From assembly GCA_964016885.1 (NCBI GenBank), contig OZ024742.1, positions 156,798,001 through 156,862,000 on the forward strand: a stretch of DNA of 64,000 bases, read 5' to 3'. The notes under the pieces were generated by a model, which searched no databases, had not been told where the DNA came from, and saw only the letters and a list, made by a program, of their open reading frames with translations. A program made the position numbers and the translations under genes. Positions 44,713 through 58,752 of this stretch are shown here, in pieces. Positions within the stretch are counted from its first letter, which is position 1; each line of letters starts with the position of its first letter. This DNA comes from Eledone cirrhosa (taxonomy: Eukaryota).

Positions 44713-45394
44713 TAAAATAAACATATGAAACAATCACAGGGGATAATTTGTAAAGAGTGTAAGCACACATAGCTAGGTAGGTAACTAATTAATGTTTAAT
44801 GAGAACTTCAAATATAGATACCTTTTAAATATGATTAATCTCATTTGTATATATTTCATTAAATAAAGGAATATTATTCACCTTCAATCGGTAAATCACA
44901 GCAGTCAAATCCTGGATCGTCAACAGAGGAGAAGATTTAACTATCTGTGTTTACACAGCAAATGCAAATCTGTAAATGAGTAGAAGCACGTGTTGAATTT
45001 TTATTTAAAATACACACATCTTACCAGCGTCATTCCAGTGGCATGAATAGGATTATCCACAGCTAAAAATAGCAGCCAAGTCCTTTCAACTGAGTAAACT
45101 CGACAATTAAGGAGCCGTATATATAACGAAAATTAAATTAAGGATGTCATGTCTGAGAAACATGCGCCATAACCTCTGTAAAATATGCACAAATACGCCA
45201 ATGAATAGTTCGGGATTTGACTGCTGTGATTTACCGATTGATTGTGAAATATGTAATGAAATTTACAGAAAGGTGATTAATCATATTTAAATGTATCTAT
45301 ATTTGAAGATCTTGTTAAAACTTAAATAGTTACCTACCTAGCTATGTGTGCTTACACTCTTTACAAATTATCCTCTGTGATTGTTTCATATGTT

Positions 45395-45398
<4 letters not shown>
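44713..45398. mobile_element. Non-coding fold-back element between (TA)n tracts
   Basis: 44713-44912 is inverted at 45212-45398; the spacer contains a copy (45130-45188) of upstream flank 44576-44634. Confidence 0.75.
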
Positions 45399-45464
<66 letters not shown>

Positions 45465-45468
<4 letters not shown>

Positions 45469-47905
45469 ATAATAATAAATTTGAAGACTAAAATCCAAAG
45501 AGGGCTCGATAAGGATAAATATATATCAGATATATAAGAATCGTAGAGCAAATATTTATTAAAATAACAGATTAAAGTTTAAGCAAATAATCGCTACTTT
45601 CACCCTTAACAGGATCTTCTGAAACTAAAAAAGTCCATCTGTGAACGCAGAAGTAAATATTTCAAAAATCGTTGCAACCGAAGGAAGACAGGAAGACAAT
45701 ACTGTGGTTCGTGGAAACGTTCTGGCAAAGAACGGAACAAAAACGAAGATAATACGTCACTATTTGGTGCGTTAAAAACAATTACTCGCAAAGACAAAAC
45801 CACGTTTATGGTATAAATGAAGTCGTAGACTAATATTATATTACGTGGTTCATGGAAACGTTCTCTGGCAATGAACGAAAAAAAAAACGAAGATAATACG
45901 TTATTATGTGGACCAAAGAGAACAATTACACGCAAACTCAAAACCACGTAAATGGTATAACTGAAGTCGTAGTCGAAAATTCTATTTAGGAAACCGAAGG
46001 ATTCTCAGCTCCAGAGTTAGAGAATAAACTAAATAAAATACAGAGGTAATTGAAATTAAATATATACATACACGCAGCCATATACGTACATACACAAACA
46101 TACGCGAAAACACTCGCCATGGGTATGCAAATACAAGCACCTACACAAAAAAACACACACGCGCATACAGAACCAACGCAACGCCTATACCCTCCCTTAT
46201 TATGAAGCATTTCCCCCCACCACATAAATATAGTAAAATGTTTTATAGAAATACCATTAAAATGTCTTATACTACCACTCCTAACCTTGCACATAACATC
46301 ACTGCCTCAAATTTAACTAAATTACCTAGCCGTAGGAACACGTGCAACCCTGTAGCTAGTACTAACTGTAATTGTAGGAACCGGGTTAACTGCCCACTAT
46401 CCGGGAAATGACTCTGTAGTAAAATTGTCTACAAATGTAAGGTCGAAACACCCACATCCCGTAGGGCCTACATAGGGTTAACCGCCAATAGATTAAAGCA
46501 ACGTATTTACATGCATACCCATTCTTTTCTTAAGACTTTAAGAAGGAATATGACGTCACCTTCAGCTTATATCTGGTGTCTAAAAGAAAACCACACCCAA
46601 TATAAGTTACACTGGGAGATCCTAGCTAGGGCTAGATGGTATAACGGAAATAAAATACGATGAGATCTCTGCGCCGCTGACCACATGAAATACTCTACGT
46701 CAAAGACCACATCTTAAACAAAAATCTGAAGCAATTTCGGCTTGTAAACATAAATTGGACAAAAGTTTCCTGCATTACAGCCCCATATTATACCCTAACG
46801 GATAGAACGAACTTTACGCGCATATTTTACGTCTTGATGTGGTAGCTAAGTATATGTTATGGTATACCATTACTTTTTCGTATAGGTAAGTATATATTAC
46901 CCGTATGTTTTGTGAAGGTACGTATACTTTCTCGTACGTATATTTTCTTGTATATGTTATGGCGTATATATTATATATACTGGTACATATGCATTTGGTT
47001 ATACGTGAGTTTTGCGTCTGTGTGAGTATGCGGGTTTGTACGTATGTCGGGTGTGTGTATATGTGTACTTTGTGTTTTGGTTGACGAACGTCCGCGAACA
47101 TATGTGTATTTACATGTGGGTATGTGTGTGCGCGCGTCATATACGTATTTATGTGTGTATATTTATATACGTTTATTTAATTATGTATAGACCCACACAC
47201 ATACACACACACATGTATATATATGTTTTTATATATATTTTTATGTGTATTTGGTGTTTACGTTCGTGTGTGTGCGTGGGTTCTGTATGTGCGTGCGTGT
47301 TTTGGTTTTTTTTTTTTTTTTGTTATACGTGCTTGTAGTTGCATACGCATGGCGAGTCTGTTTGCGAATGTTTGTGTATGTACGAATATCGCTGCGTGTA
47401 TGTATATATTTAATTTGAATTACCTCTGTATTTTATTTACTTGATTCTTAACTCTGAAGCCGAGAATCATCCGGTTCCTACATATAATTTTAGTGTACGA
47501 CTTCAGTTATACCATTTACGTGGTTTTGTCTTTGCGCGTAATTATTCTCATTGCTCCACATAATAACGTGTTATTTTCGTTTTTTACGTTCATATCCAGA
47601 GAACGTCTCCATGATCCACCTAATGAATATTAGTCTACGACTTCATTTATACCATGAACGTGGTTTTGTCTTTGCGTGTAATTGTTATCATCGCACCAAA
47701 TAATGACGTATTATATTCGTTTTTTTTTTCGTTCTTTGCCAGGGAACGTTCCCACGAACCAAAGTATCGTCTGCCTGTCTTCCTTCGGTTGCAACGTTTT
47801 TTGAAATATTTACTTCTGCGTTCACAGATTGCTTTTTTTTTAGTTTCAGAAGATCCCGTCAAGGTTGAAAGCAACGATTTTTTCTTAAACTTTAATCCAT
47901 TATTC
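45465..47905 (+). mobile_element. 5'-truncated Naiad-like PLE with ~600-bp inverted arms
   Basis: 45560-46175 is inverted at 47275-47905; GIY-YIG frame lies between; (TA)n on both sides. Confidence 0.9.
46202..46805 (+). pseudogene. GIY-YIG endonuclease region with two in-frame TGA codons at Cys positions (putative selenocysteine)
   Basis: NCNCRNRVNCPLSGK-TGA-LCSKIVYKC..AYIGLT..HTHSF..SAYIW..WEIL..NKIR-TGA-DLC; frameshifts follow near the C terminus. Confidence 0.8.
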
Positions 47906-47918
47906 TAATAAATAAATT

Positions 47919-47960
<42 letters not shown>

Positions 47961-48789
47961 AATATATATATATTTATATATATATGTCGATCGATTTTTA
48001 GTTGATGTATATATATATATATATATAAACAAATGTATCTCGAATATCGAGTTTGAAGTGCGAGCGTATTAGAATACATATATTAATTGGAAGTATTCAG
48101 CGCTAAGACCGTTTTATGACACAAAAATAACGTCAATGACAGTGTCGGTTAAAATTTATCTCAAGGGATAGAAATCAGGGCTAGATGCGTGCTGGATCTT
48201 ATACGTGATAGGACGAATTGAGAAAGAGATAGCATAGACGAGAGGGGATCTCACAAACATTACATTTTCTACTCAGATTTAAGACCAGCTGAGGTTTCGA
48301 CGATTTCACTAAAAGATCTACATAATATAGGTAGCTCGTAACAACGGAGAAATAAATATCTCTGTTGATATTTGTGGGAGAAACCAATAGATCGATATGC
48401 AAACTAACGGATACAGCGAAGAATAAAGTGCGTCCACTCAGCTTCGAGTAACTGTAAGAAAGGGGTGAACAATGGCTCACTAATCAGAAATGACGTGAAT
48501 GAGCGGGGCTCAGGTCAAAGGAGAAAGAGAAAAAAAGAGCAGTAATAGGAAGTGAAGAGTAACATTTCGATGCTTTTTGAAATATGAGAGCGCAAATAGT
48601 GAGCAATTAGAGAAAGATATCAATTTTTATTTCACTGCCTGAATATATCGCTCAGAAATTCTATATGATGGATAAATCTTAGAGCAGAGTAAATACAGCT
48701 GAATATTCCACATGAATTTACTTCTGATCGTGAAAGCGACGAGATCGCATTTTTCTCGATAATTTCTTGGTAAATGACATAGAGGAGTG

Positions 48790-49380
48790 TATACTTTACA
48801 TGTACACATCGCAAATACACAGAGGAGCGTACTAACCACACTTGAGTTCATATTTGGCGCAAGCAGAGCAGCACTTGTTGAATAACTCCATTAAATGGAG
48901 AATACTAGAAAAGTTCACCATTTATGTTAATGGTACTAAATTTTGCAACCTGCGTTTCATATCCTTGCAACAGACGTCAGTGAACCACTCGTTTAATAAG
49001 CGCCGTGTCTGCTTCAATCGCTGGATTCACGCAATACAATTTGCTCTGACAAAATTGTGGAAACCAGATTAATTATACTTATCTTCTTCGACGTTTCAAC
49101 TTAATTCCTGGGCTCTACGTGTACTATACATTACCTACTTGTTTTTATAGTTACCTTCCTTTTCCTTTCTATTACACAAGAGATTTAAATATTTATAGCT
49201 AAATTTATTTCTAAATCCTTAAGGGTCGGAAGCGATCTTTAATTATATGACAGGCTGAATGCGTTGGGATAAATAACCAAACGAAATCTAAGTATCTGTA
49301 CGTGTCGAATTATAATTAACGCGTCCTATGGACTGAGTGATCGAACCCTTCGATATTTATGCCATATTTGTAGTAGAGTA
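48790..49380 (+). mobile_element. Decayed Naiad-like PLE 3' end with degenerate HHR at 49250-49299
   Basis: LSSY..IKWRILEK..YVNGTKFCNL; acagg CUGAAUG..GAAA..UA ucugu. Confidence 0.65.
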
Positions 49381-49386
49381 TATACT

Positions 49387-49529
<143 letters not shown>

Positions 49530-50399
49530 CATTTACATATTGAGAGAGAGAAAAAAAGAGGAGGATAGGTGATACATATAGTTATTTGCCAAGTAGCGTA
49601 TGCCAAAGGTGCCGGCAGTATTAAATATTCGAAGTGTTAATATTTAGTGGGCTAGAGAATTAGCAGAGCGTCAGCACGTGGGAAAGTAAGAAATCGGAGA
49701 ATAGACCGTTAAAACATGTTTATTTAAAACTGCACCTACGTACGTTTCGCCCAGTTGGGCTTCCAAAGGGCATAAATAATCAAAAGTGTTCCTTACATTG
49801 CTCGGAAAGAGTTTTGGGGGTTAAATCTACGTCAAGGTTCATTGCTCGCAAAAATAGCTTGTTTTGATTTTGCAGCAGGTCAAGGGAGGTGACACTAGCC
49901 GGTGTTAGGGCAGTCTTTGCTGGACAAATTTTTTTATCCGCTACGAGATGAGGTTACAACCTTACCATTGTCGATACGCATGTAATCAACGCTTATTTTG
50001 AGAGTTTTTTTGTTTTTTGTTTTTTTTCTTGCTGCATCTGTTTGTCTGAGTCGTTTGAGGCTGGGTCTGGTATATATATATATATATATATTAAAATAAC
50101 AGATTAAAGTATCGATGTTTTTACCCTTAATGAATCCAGCCTCTATAAATGTCGGCAAATGCAACTGAATGTGTGGTCTTCATAAAAGCTCACAAGCAAG
50201 AAACAGAGTGTCTGTCGGCTGCTCTCTGTTGTTTTGCCAAGAATAAGTAAGTGACATAGTCACTACTTTAAAACTCATGGCGAATGGTCTTCTAAATGTT
50301 TTTAGTTAAAGATAGAGTATGGCAAACTGGAATTACTGTTTGGATATTCGGCTGAACCTCATCTTGTTAATATATATATATAAGTATTGAAGTTTCCGT

Positions 50400-51282
50400 T
50401 GAAAATTGAAAAAGTCATAGGAGTGAAGAGTCCTCTATGTAAGTACCAGAACAACATTTAATGTATAATAAACAATACAATATAATTACCTCATTACCAG
50501 AGGTTTCCCGAATAAGACGAATACGAAAGAAACGTCCTCATCCGTTCGTCGGACGAGGCAATATAAACATAGTGGAATATTTGGAAAGTCTCCTCAAGAA
50601 ATGCAAAACAAATATATATATATAAATAAAAGTAATGCAATAGACATATAAAATATATAAAAACATTATAAGGAAATATAGTTAGGTGTGTTTATATGTA
50701 TGTATATACACTCACAGATGTACATGTGTATGTATGTACAAATGCGTGTGTATGGTGAAAATGTGTGCGTAAATATATATATGACGGCAAGTATATGTAA
50801 CCACAAATACAGATATAATATGAGTTGAAAATAAATTGATAATCTGGTTGACACGTATACAGAAAAGAGGGTATTAGATGCATTATATGAATATGAAGGC
50901 GCTCGTATAAACACACACACACGCGCGTTCACTTATATGCGGAAGAAAAAGAGGTAAGGGAGTGTAATAGTTAAAAGAAAGTATCATTATTGATATATTT
51001 ATAAAAATGGAACAATATATTAGAAAGAAAAAAATGTTTAAATGAAAGAGAAAGTAGTCAATTAACACTAGAGAAGAGAAAAGAAAAGAAAAGAAAACAA
51101 ACAAGGTACACGTGTACATATATCTATAAGAAACATATATCTATAAAAAAAAGTATATATACACGCAATACGTGCAGACAAAAGTGTATGCAAGCGTACA
51201 TACATACACAGGATGCACATATATATATATACATACATATCGCCCCATGTATATCTAATCACACGTACGTACGCGACTGTAT

Positions 51283-51336
<54 letters not shown>

Positions 51337-52460
51337 GCACCCATACATATCCATACATGCAATACATATACACACACATACACACATACATACATTCACG
51401 CACATTGACCCGCTGATACGCACGCACATAAAAATAAGAATATAAAAAACATAGATGTAAAAAGACAGATATAAAAACACACACACATACACATATATAT
51501 ACACGCACGCACGCGCACATACGGAGGCGTTCGTGTACATATACAGAAAGTATACACACATAAAGACGCTCAGGGTGTAAAAACAGCCTTATGAATAAGT
51601 GAGTACAAATATAAAAATATAAAATTGGCTCCGAAATAACAGAAAATATCTGTAGTGGAAAACGCAAGTCATTTAATACAATCAGGTAGTAAAGAAAATA
51701 GGGAAGTAAAATGTGGAAAGTGAAGATATTAGGTAAGTGAATCGGAGAATTAAGGGGGGGGGGTGTACTGGTGGATGTGAAGTAAAAATAAAAATAAAAA
51801 TAAAAATGATATTAATAATAAGGTTAAAAATGAAAGTAAATCAGAAAGAGTAGTCTTTAAAGAGAATAATTTAAGTGAAGAATAAGAGCTTATGGAGGAT
51901 AAGTATCTGAAAGTGTGTTAAGTTTATATGAGCTGGAAAGCAAGTGTGATTTCATGTGTGGGCAACTGGTCAACATTTCTGTCTTTGTGTTTAGGCAGGT
52001 CTTTGGTGATTTAAGGTTTTGCAAAATCCAATATTTTTCGTTTATGCAGAGTGTGCATTTTCTCGTTCCTCTTGTATATTCTTTAGATTGTTTCAAATTT
52101 GACCAATCCAATTTATATTGGATACCTTGGTCTTTCAAATCCCATATTCTGCTAGCCAGAACTGTTGTGAATCTGTTTTCTCGATGTCGAAAGGATGCGG
52201 CATGTGAGTAATAACGCGTTTTGAATTTGTCTTGCGTCATACCCACATATCGTTCACTGGTGGCTGGTTGGTTGTTGCTGATGGTTGTCAATTTAGCCGC
52301 ATATACAATGGCTTTGGTGTTGCATTTACCTCGTAATGGGCAATCACTTTTGATTCTACAGGAGCAATTTAGATGCTCTCTAGGTGATTTGTTGTTGATG
52401 ATATAAGATTTAATAGGGGGACCGCAGGAGTAGATAGTTTTGACACAGTTTCTATTAAAG
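50400..52460 (-). mobile_element. Naiad-like PLE 3' part: GIY-YIG and long UTR
   Basis: CSCRIKSDCPLRGKCNTKAIVY, RYVGMTQDKFKTRYYSH, KCTLCINEK, CPH. Confidence 0.9.
50489..50558 (-). ncRNA. Hammerhead ribozyme with CCGACGA (U4C) core
   Basis: CCUCGU CCGACGA long stem II GAAACC ucu GGUA AUGAGG; all three stems pair. Confidence 0.75.
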
Positions 52461-52520
52461 ATCTTGTGTGTTTATGAGTGTGTGTGTATATATATATATA
52501 TATATATGTGTATCTATATG

Positions 52521-52552
<32 letters not shown>

Positions 52553-52573
52553 TATATATATACACACACATAA

Positions 52574-52630
<57 letters not shown>

Positions 52631-53869
52631 CAAATCCGATTCAGTAAGGCATACCCCTAATACCTCCGAAATACACCAAATGTTGGACACCCCTAGTGAC
52701 TGACAGAAATTTACAATGAAACAAAGGATTAATGAGAGAACTAAATACAACAAGTATTGTTTTATGTTCCATGCAACACCTTTATCTCGAACCAAATCCT
52801 GGAAGGGAAATCCCCTGCCCAGTCCCATCCTGCCTTATGTAGCCAGGGAGATCCTGTGAAATTCACCCGGCTGCAACTGCACTGACCAAAACACCTGAAG
52901 CACTGTGAATATATCTGACTCGCTATAATTCATCACCACTCAGATATTTTTCACATAGTTTTTCCTTAAATGTTTTCCTCCATTTCCTTTACCTTCATAC
53001 TCTTTATAATTCCTTTTTTTTTTCTTTTATATTTATGTCTTCCTTTTTTTTTATAATTCCTTTTTCCCGTTTATCCTTACTCCATTGTACATTTACTTAT
53101 AATTATCCTTAAATCTTCATTATCAATGTATTATTTGTCTCTACCAGATTTACCGGGATACCAACTATATGAATGTCTAATGTTTACATTCGTTACATTC
53201 GATATTTTTAATCTTGCCTGTCATTCACGATAAGAGGCCAGTTTTGCCTAGTGAGGAGTAATAACAAATTAATATCCAGTTCTGAAACCAACATCTAATA
53301 CGAATATACATCTTAGCCAGTTAGATGTTATTGTTAGTATATGGACTGTTGTCTAGTTTTCTGGATTTGTAACTTTTAACGCCTGAAATTTAGAATATTT
53401 AGGATTTTCGGGTTGTGAAACCTTAAATGTTTCTGCAGTAAGCAAATTTGGCTGGTGTAAACTCCCACTGACCATAAAGATTTGTTCGCTGAGGTGATGG
53501 GGTATTGGTAGCCAGAGAGAACAAATAAGGTTGGTGGTATTCCGGGGGGGGGTTAATTGAATGGGCATTCACCACCTCCTCTGCGTCTGCGCAGGGCTGT
53601 CAGGAGGTTATGAAAGTTAGAAAGAAGCGGACATCCCAAACCACAACAAACATGTTTTTTAGTCCGCTCCCTTCCACCCATGATGTTACCAGGAATGTTA
53701 CATTTTACTGAATTGTTGCTTTCTGAAAAAACCACGATATCTATCGTCGCGGAAATATGTATAACGGCTCAATTAATAAAACAAACTCTAACAACCAAAA
53801 CTTAAAAATATTCTCACAAATCCTTGTTTTTAAGAAGTAATATGGCGTCGAGTGGTAGCAGTGGATTGC

Positions 53870-54390
53870 ATACAGAGACCAGTGTCTGTCCTTAGGGCAT
53901 CAATATATGTTAATCTCGGTGTTCCTCTCCCAGTGTATCCATGCAGTGGCTCCGACATGAGCACTGAGTGCAGTGTCAACTCTGGTTGTCGGCAAGCATG
54001 TCCAGCCAGCTAATCTCAGTCTCCTTTATGTTACTCTCGAGCTGATTTTGGGAGGCTCCCGTACAGTTCTGAGTTATTCATCCTCAGTGTATACTGAGTA
54101 ATCTTAAGAGCTATCCTCGGGATTCTCGTGTAGCACCCATCAACAATCTGAGAGTTTCTTGGTGAGTGTCCAAGTCTCAGACCCGTACAGCAGCACAAAC
54201 TCCACTAGAGCAACGAAGAGACGGATCTTCATGTTTTTACGAAGGTCCGACTTCCACATCGATCCCAAGCTGTGGCACGCCGCCCACGCTTTGCTCTTCC
54301 TCTCGACCACATCATCTTCTGTATTCGCAGTAATGGTTTCCAAATACAAGAAGTCCTCAACCAATTCCAGCGGCTTCCCGCCTACGTTAG
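53870..54390 (-). mobile_element. RTE-clade LINE RT C-terminal remnant
   Basis: KAWAAC..MWKS..KIRLF..VLLYGSETWTL. Confidence 0.85.
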
Positions 54391-54909
54391 GAATCTTCTC
54401 TGGCTTCTTCTACCAGATACTTCGTCGTAATCTCATTCAAATATTTAATATAATTAAATCTTTGTTGGTTTTATTTAATGAACAAATATAATTATTTCTG
54501 AAGACAAAATATGACCTATTTTCATCCCTAAAATAATATTTCATTCATAATATTCTTTCCATCCAAAACTGAAATCTACCTTCCTCTACCTCTAAATTAA
54601 GGCTCTATTACTACTATTTTACCCTCTTGACCTTCACTATCTTTCTATTGGTCAATTGAAAACCTGTTCCCAAACAGACCTATTGTATTAAATCTTTGTT
54701 GGTTTTTTTCAATAAACGAATATCATTATTTCTGAAGACAGCATATATATGTGTAGGTATGTATATTCCTTCTGATAGTTTGTAAAAATTTTACATAGAT
54801 CTATATGATATGCATACCAACACTAACATATATATCCTAGAAACGATCGTAAAATGATGAATTTTTTAGTATAAGGAACTGTTTCTTTATTTATTCATTA
54901 GTTTTATTA

Positions 54910-54961
<52 letters not shown>

Positions 54962-55189
54962 ATACTACTGTACGTTTGCATACACGTATGTATGTACGTA
55001 TACATACTTATATTTAAGTAACAGCCGTACTAAGAGTGAGAAATGAAATTTCGTTTCATTTATTCCGTTTATCGTTTTCGGTACCCCGGCCGATTAACTC
55101 ACTCGATATACAAATTAGGCTGCTCAGCCGTTAATATGCATAAGGAAAATATATACTTTCAGGCGTTCAACCATCTGGCAGGAAGCTAT

Positions 55190-55232
55190 ACGTTGCTGAC
55201 GATAGCCAATAAGCTTGAAACTAGTACAGCGT
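55190..55232 (+). ncRNA. Intact minimal hammerhead ribozyme
   Basis: ACGUUG CUGACGA u AGC caauaa GCU u GAAAC ua GUA CAGCGU. Confidence 0.85.
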
Positions 55233-55487
55233 TCCTTTGTCAGTGTTGAACAAATGAGCAACGATGGTTGCTAGACACTGTACGGCTTAATTCGGGATGT
55301 TTGTTTACAAACACACCGAGCATTTATAATAAATGTTTGGTGAATCCATACGTACATGTACATATGTGTGCATGTATATTATATATATATATATATATAT
55401 AGTAAAAAATTGAACGGGAAAAAAACACAGCGGCAGTACGAACAAAGGTTTATTAGTTTCACGCTCTTGAGAGTGTGGTGGCAGTGG

Positions 55488-55527
55488 GGAGCGACGTTTT
55501 AGACATAAGCCCTTCTTCAGGTGAAAA
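55488..55527 (-). ncRNA. Degenerate hammerhead
   Basis: CUGAAGA aGGGC uuau GUCU AAAAC gucg; GAAA has changed to AAAA. Confidence 0.5.
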
Positions 55528-56275
55528 GTGTGTGGGAAGAGAGTTACAAGATGTGAAGGGGAGTGGTGGAGAGACATATAGAAAAAATGGGGTGAGAGGA
55601 AATGGTACAAATGAAATTAAATATAAAAGCGTAATAAAATTAAGATAAACATGAAGTAAAACAGGTGGTGGTAGGGTGTGCGGCGTGTAGGGGTAGTGGC
55701 GGGTGTAGTGTGTAGAGGGAGCCGGGGTGCCCGAGCGGGGAGGGCTGAAGGTGGTATGTGTGTGTAGGTGTACGTGTGTGTGTGTGTGTATGTGAAAGTA
55801 AGAGTTGGGGAAGAACGGGGATGCATGTTCAGGAAAAGGTGTATGTGGGGTTGGGTGTAGGTCGGCGTGTGCGTGCGTGTGTGGATGGGGAGGGGTCAGA
55901 TGGGTGGGGGGGAAGAGGATTCCGGATGCTGCGTGTGTAAATATGTGGTGGTACGCACGTGTGTGTGGTGTTTTTACGTGTTGTGGATGTAGGTGGCGAG
56001 TGGGAACAAAGATGTTTTTTGAGTATATGTCCGCGGATATACATACATACTACTGTATGTATGTATACATGTATGTATGTACGTATACATACTTATATTT
56101 AAGTAACAGCCGTACTAAGAGTGAGAAATGAAATTTCGTTTCATTTTTTTCCGTTTATCGTTTTTGCTACCCCGGCCGATTAACTCACTCGATATGCAAA
56201 TTAGGCTGCTCAGCCGTTAATATGCATAAGGAAAGTATATACTTTCAGGCGTTCAACCATCTGGCAGGAAGGTAT

Positions 56276-56318
56276 ACGTTGCTGACGATAGCTAATAAGC
56301 TTGAAACTAGTACAGCGT
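56276..56318 (+). ncRNA. Intact minimal hammerhead ribozyme, second copy
   Basis: Identical to 55190-55232 except one loop II base. Confidence 0.85.
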
Positions 56319-56465
56319 TCATTTGTCAGTGTTGAACAAATGAGCAACGATGGTCGCTAGACACTGTACGGCTTAAGTCGGGATGTTTGTTTACGAACAC
56401 ACCGAGCATTATAATAAATGTTCGGTGAATCCATACGTACATGTATATATGTGTGCATGTATGTA

Positions 56466-56619
<154 letters not shown>

Positions 56620-57613
56620 CATACTACTGTACGTCTGTATACATGTATGTATGTGCGTATACATACTTATATTTAAGTAACAGCTGTACTAAGAGTGAGA
56701 GATGAAATTCCGTTACATTTTTTCCGTTTATATATATATATTTATATATATAGAGAGAGAGATAGAGAGGGGGATAGTGGGAGAGGGGGAGATAGATGGG
56801 GGGAGGGCTCCAATAAGGATTGTGTATATATTTCAGAAGATCCAAAAAGCATTCACTGCTAATAGCTGGTTGATCTAATCTCTTTTCCACATGCTTACAT
56901 AGATACAGATATACATGCATATGTACATACATACAAACAAACAAAAATACATACATACACACATAACGATTCATTAAATCGTTTCACACTACTTTCAAAT
57001 TAACATCGGGCAATGGTGCGTCCACTTTGGAAATAATGATTATTTAAATCTATTTTCAAATGTATTTTAATTTATCAATTATATACAAATATACATTGAA
57101 CTGTCAAAAGGCAAATACACTATACTGCATTTATACCAAGAACACATACGCCAGTAAAATGTAAATGATAAATCAAAAGAAGATGACTTTCCACTTTTGC
57201 TTCTTTACCATATATGGCGAAGTTATGACAGTTGAAATGAAATTCGATGTTTCTTACAAACGGTAGTTTCCGCGTGATGAGTCAGCATTATCTTTCTAGA
57301 ATCATAATTGCATTCCTACGCACAATTTAGGGATTGATAAAATGATTGGATTTTCTGGACGGATCGAACGACCACTCTGAATATTTTTCTGCATGACTCA
57401 ACAAATACAGAAACAGATGATTCAAGGGACAGGATGGGACAATCGTTGAACTTTCTGAACTCATATATGTCTCATAATCGACTGAATTAAGGGATATTGA
57501 ATCATTCTGTTAATGACTCATAACCTTTCAATAACCGAGTATCATGTGCTTATGAGAAAAATGTTTATGGATTTGTGAATACACGCGCATAAATATCACT
57601 CTCATTATATATC

Positions 57614-57719
<106 letters not shown>

Positions 57720-57734
57720 AATGTATATATAATC

Positions 57735-58146
57735 AGGTTTAGCAAATAATGAAAAAGTTTCAAAATAATTTTTTAAAAATTGACTTTACCTACTATAGTT
57801 ACCATTACCGAATCTGTTTCGAATCTCAAAAATAAACGGAGACCATACGGCCTTCGTTGCAAAGAAAGATTCTTGTCAGAAGGTTCTTTTCATTCGAAGA
57901 ATATAAAATTCTTGAATTTAAATTACGAACTAGCGCTATCCAAAACTTTTCCCGAGATGAGAGTAAATGAAGTGGAATCAATTTTTTCAAGGGCCGAAGT
58001 AAAGATAGAGGCAGAGGGAGGTATGTCAATCGGCCACCACTATCACTAGCAGCAGTCGGAACGACCAAATTTTTTTCTCAACATAGAGGATAATAGTAAT
58101 AATAAGATATGTGTTCCTACACGCACAAAGCGCTAAGGGACACATG
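57735..58146 (-). mobile_element. Diverged copy of the 35590-36005 HHR-bearing PLE-type end
   Basis: Shared aggtttagcaaataa and gtcagaaggttc; HHR at 57802-57883. Confidence 0.75.
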
Positions 58147-58158
58147 ATATATATATAT

Positions 58159-58674
58159 GAATTTGTTTAGCAAGATTCTTTATCTGAAAACGTGAGTTGA
58201 AACCGATGTTGTTATACTTTGGAAGAGTCATGTTGCCAATAAGAAACACACGCACCAGGTGTTTTCTCTCCAATTTATTATAAATTAGTAAAAAAATGTT
58301 GTTTTTTTTCTAAAAAAAAAAAAATTATAGATTTCCTGTTGGTTGGCTAGTTCCACAATCGGACAGTTGTTCATATATTGTGAAAGAAAAAAAGGAAAAA
58401 CAAGATGACGTAGGACGAAACAAAGGAGAGGCACAAAACAAAGAAAATAATCCCCAGTCACTGAAGAGGTCACAGAATGTGTGACGAAAGAATTTTGATA
58501 AATATATGAACAACCGTCCGGTTGTGGAACCAACCAATTAACCGGAAATTTATACATTTTTTTTTTGAAAAAATGTTTTAGGAGAAACGTTTTTAATTTA
58601 TAATAAATTGGAGTGAAGGCTACTGGTGCGTGTGTTTCTTATTGGCAACATGACCCTCCCAAAGTATAACAATA

Positions 58675-58675
<1 letters not shown>
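58159..58675 (+). mobile_element. Non-coding mini-PLE: inverted ends around one HHR (58456-58500)
   Basis: 58207-58285 is inverted at 58597-58675; same family as 36095-37235. Confidence 0.85.

Positions 58676-58752
<77 letters not shown>

Noticed and set aside
49732-49771. HHR-like GCCC aacu GGGC GAAAC guac GUA on the minus strand
   Set aside because: The CUGANGA box is destroyed (UUUGGAA); at most a dead relic.
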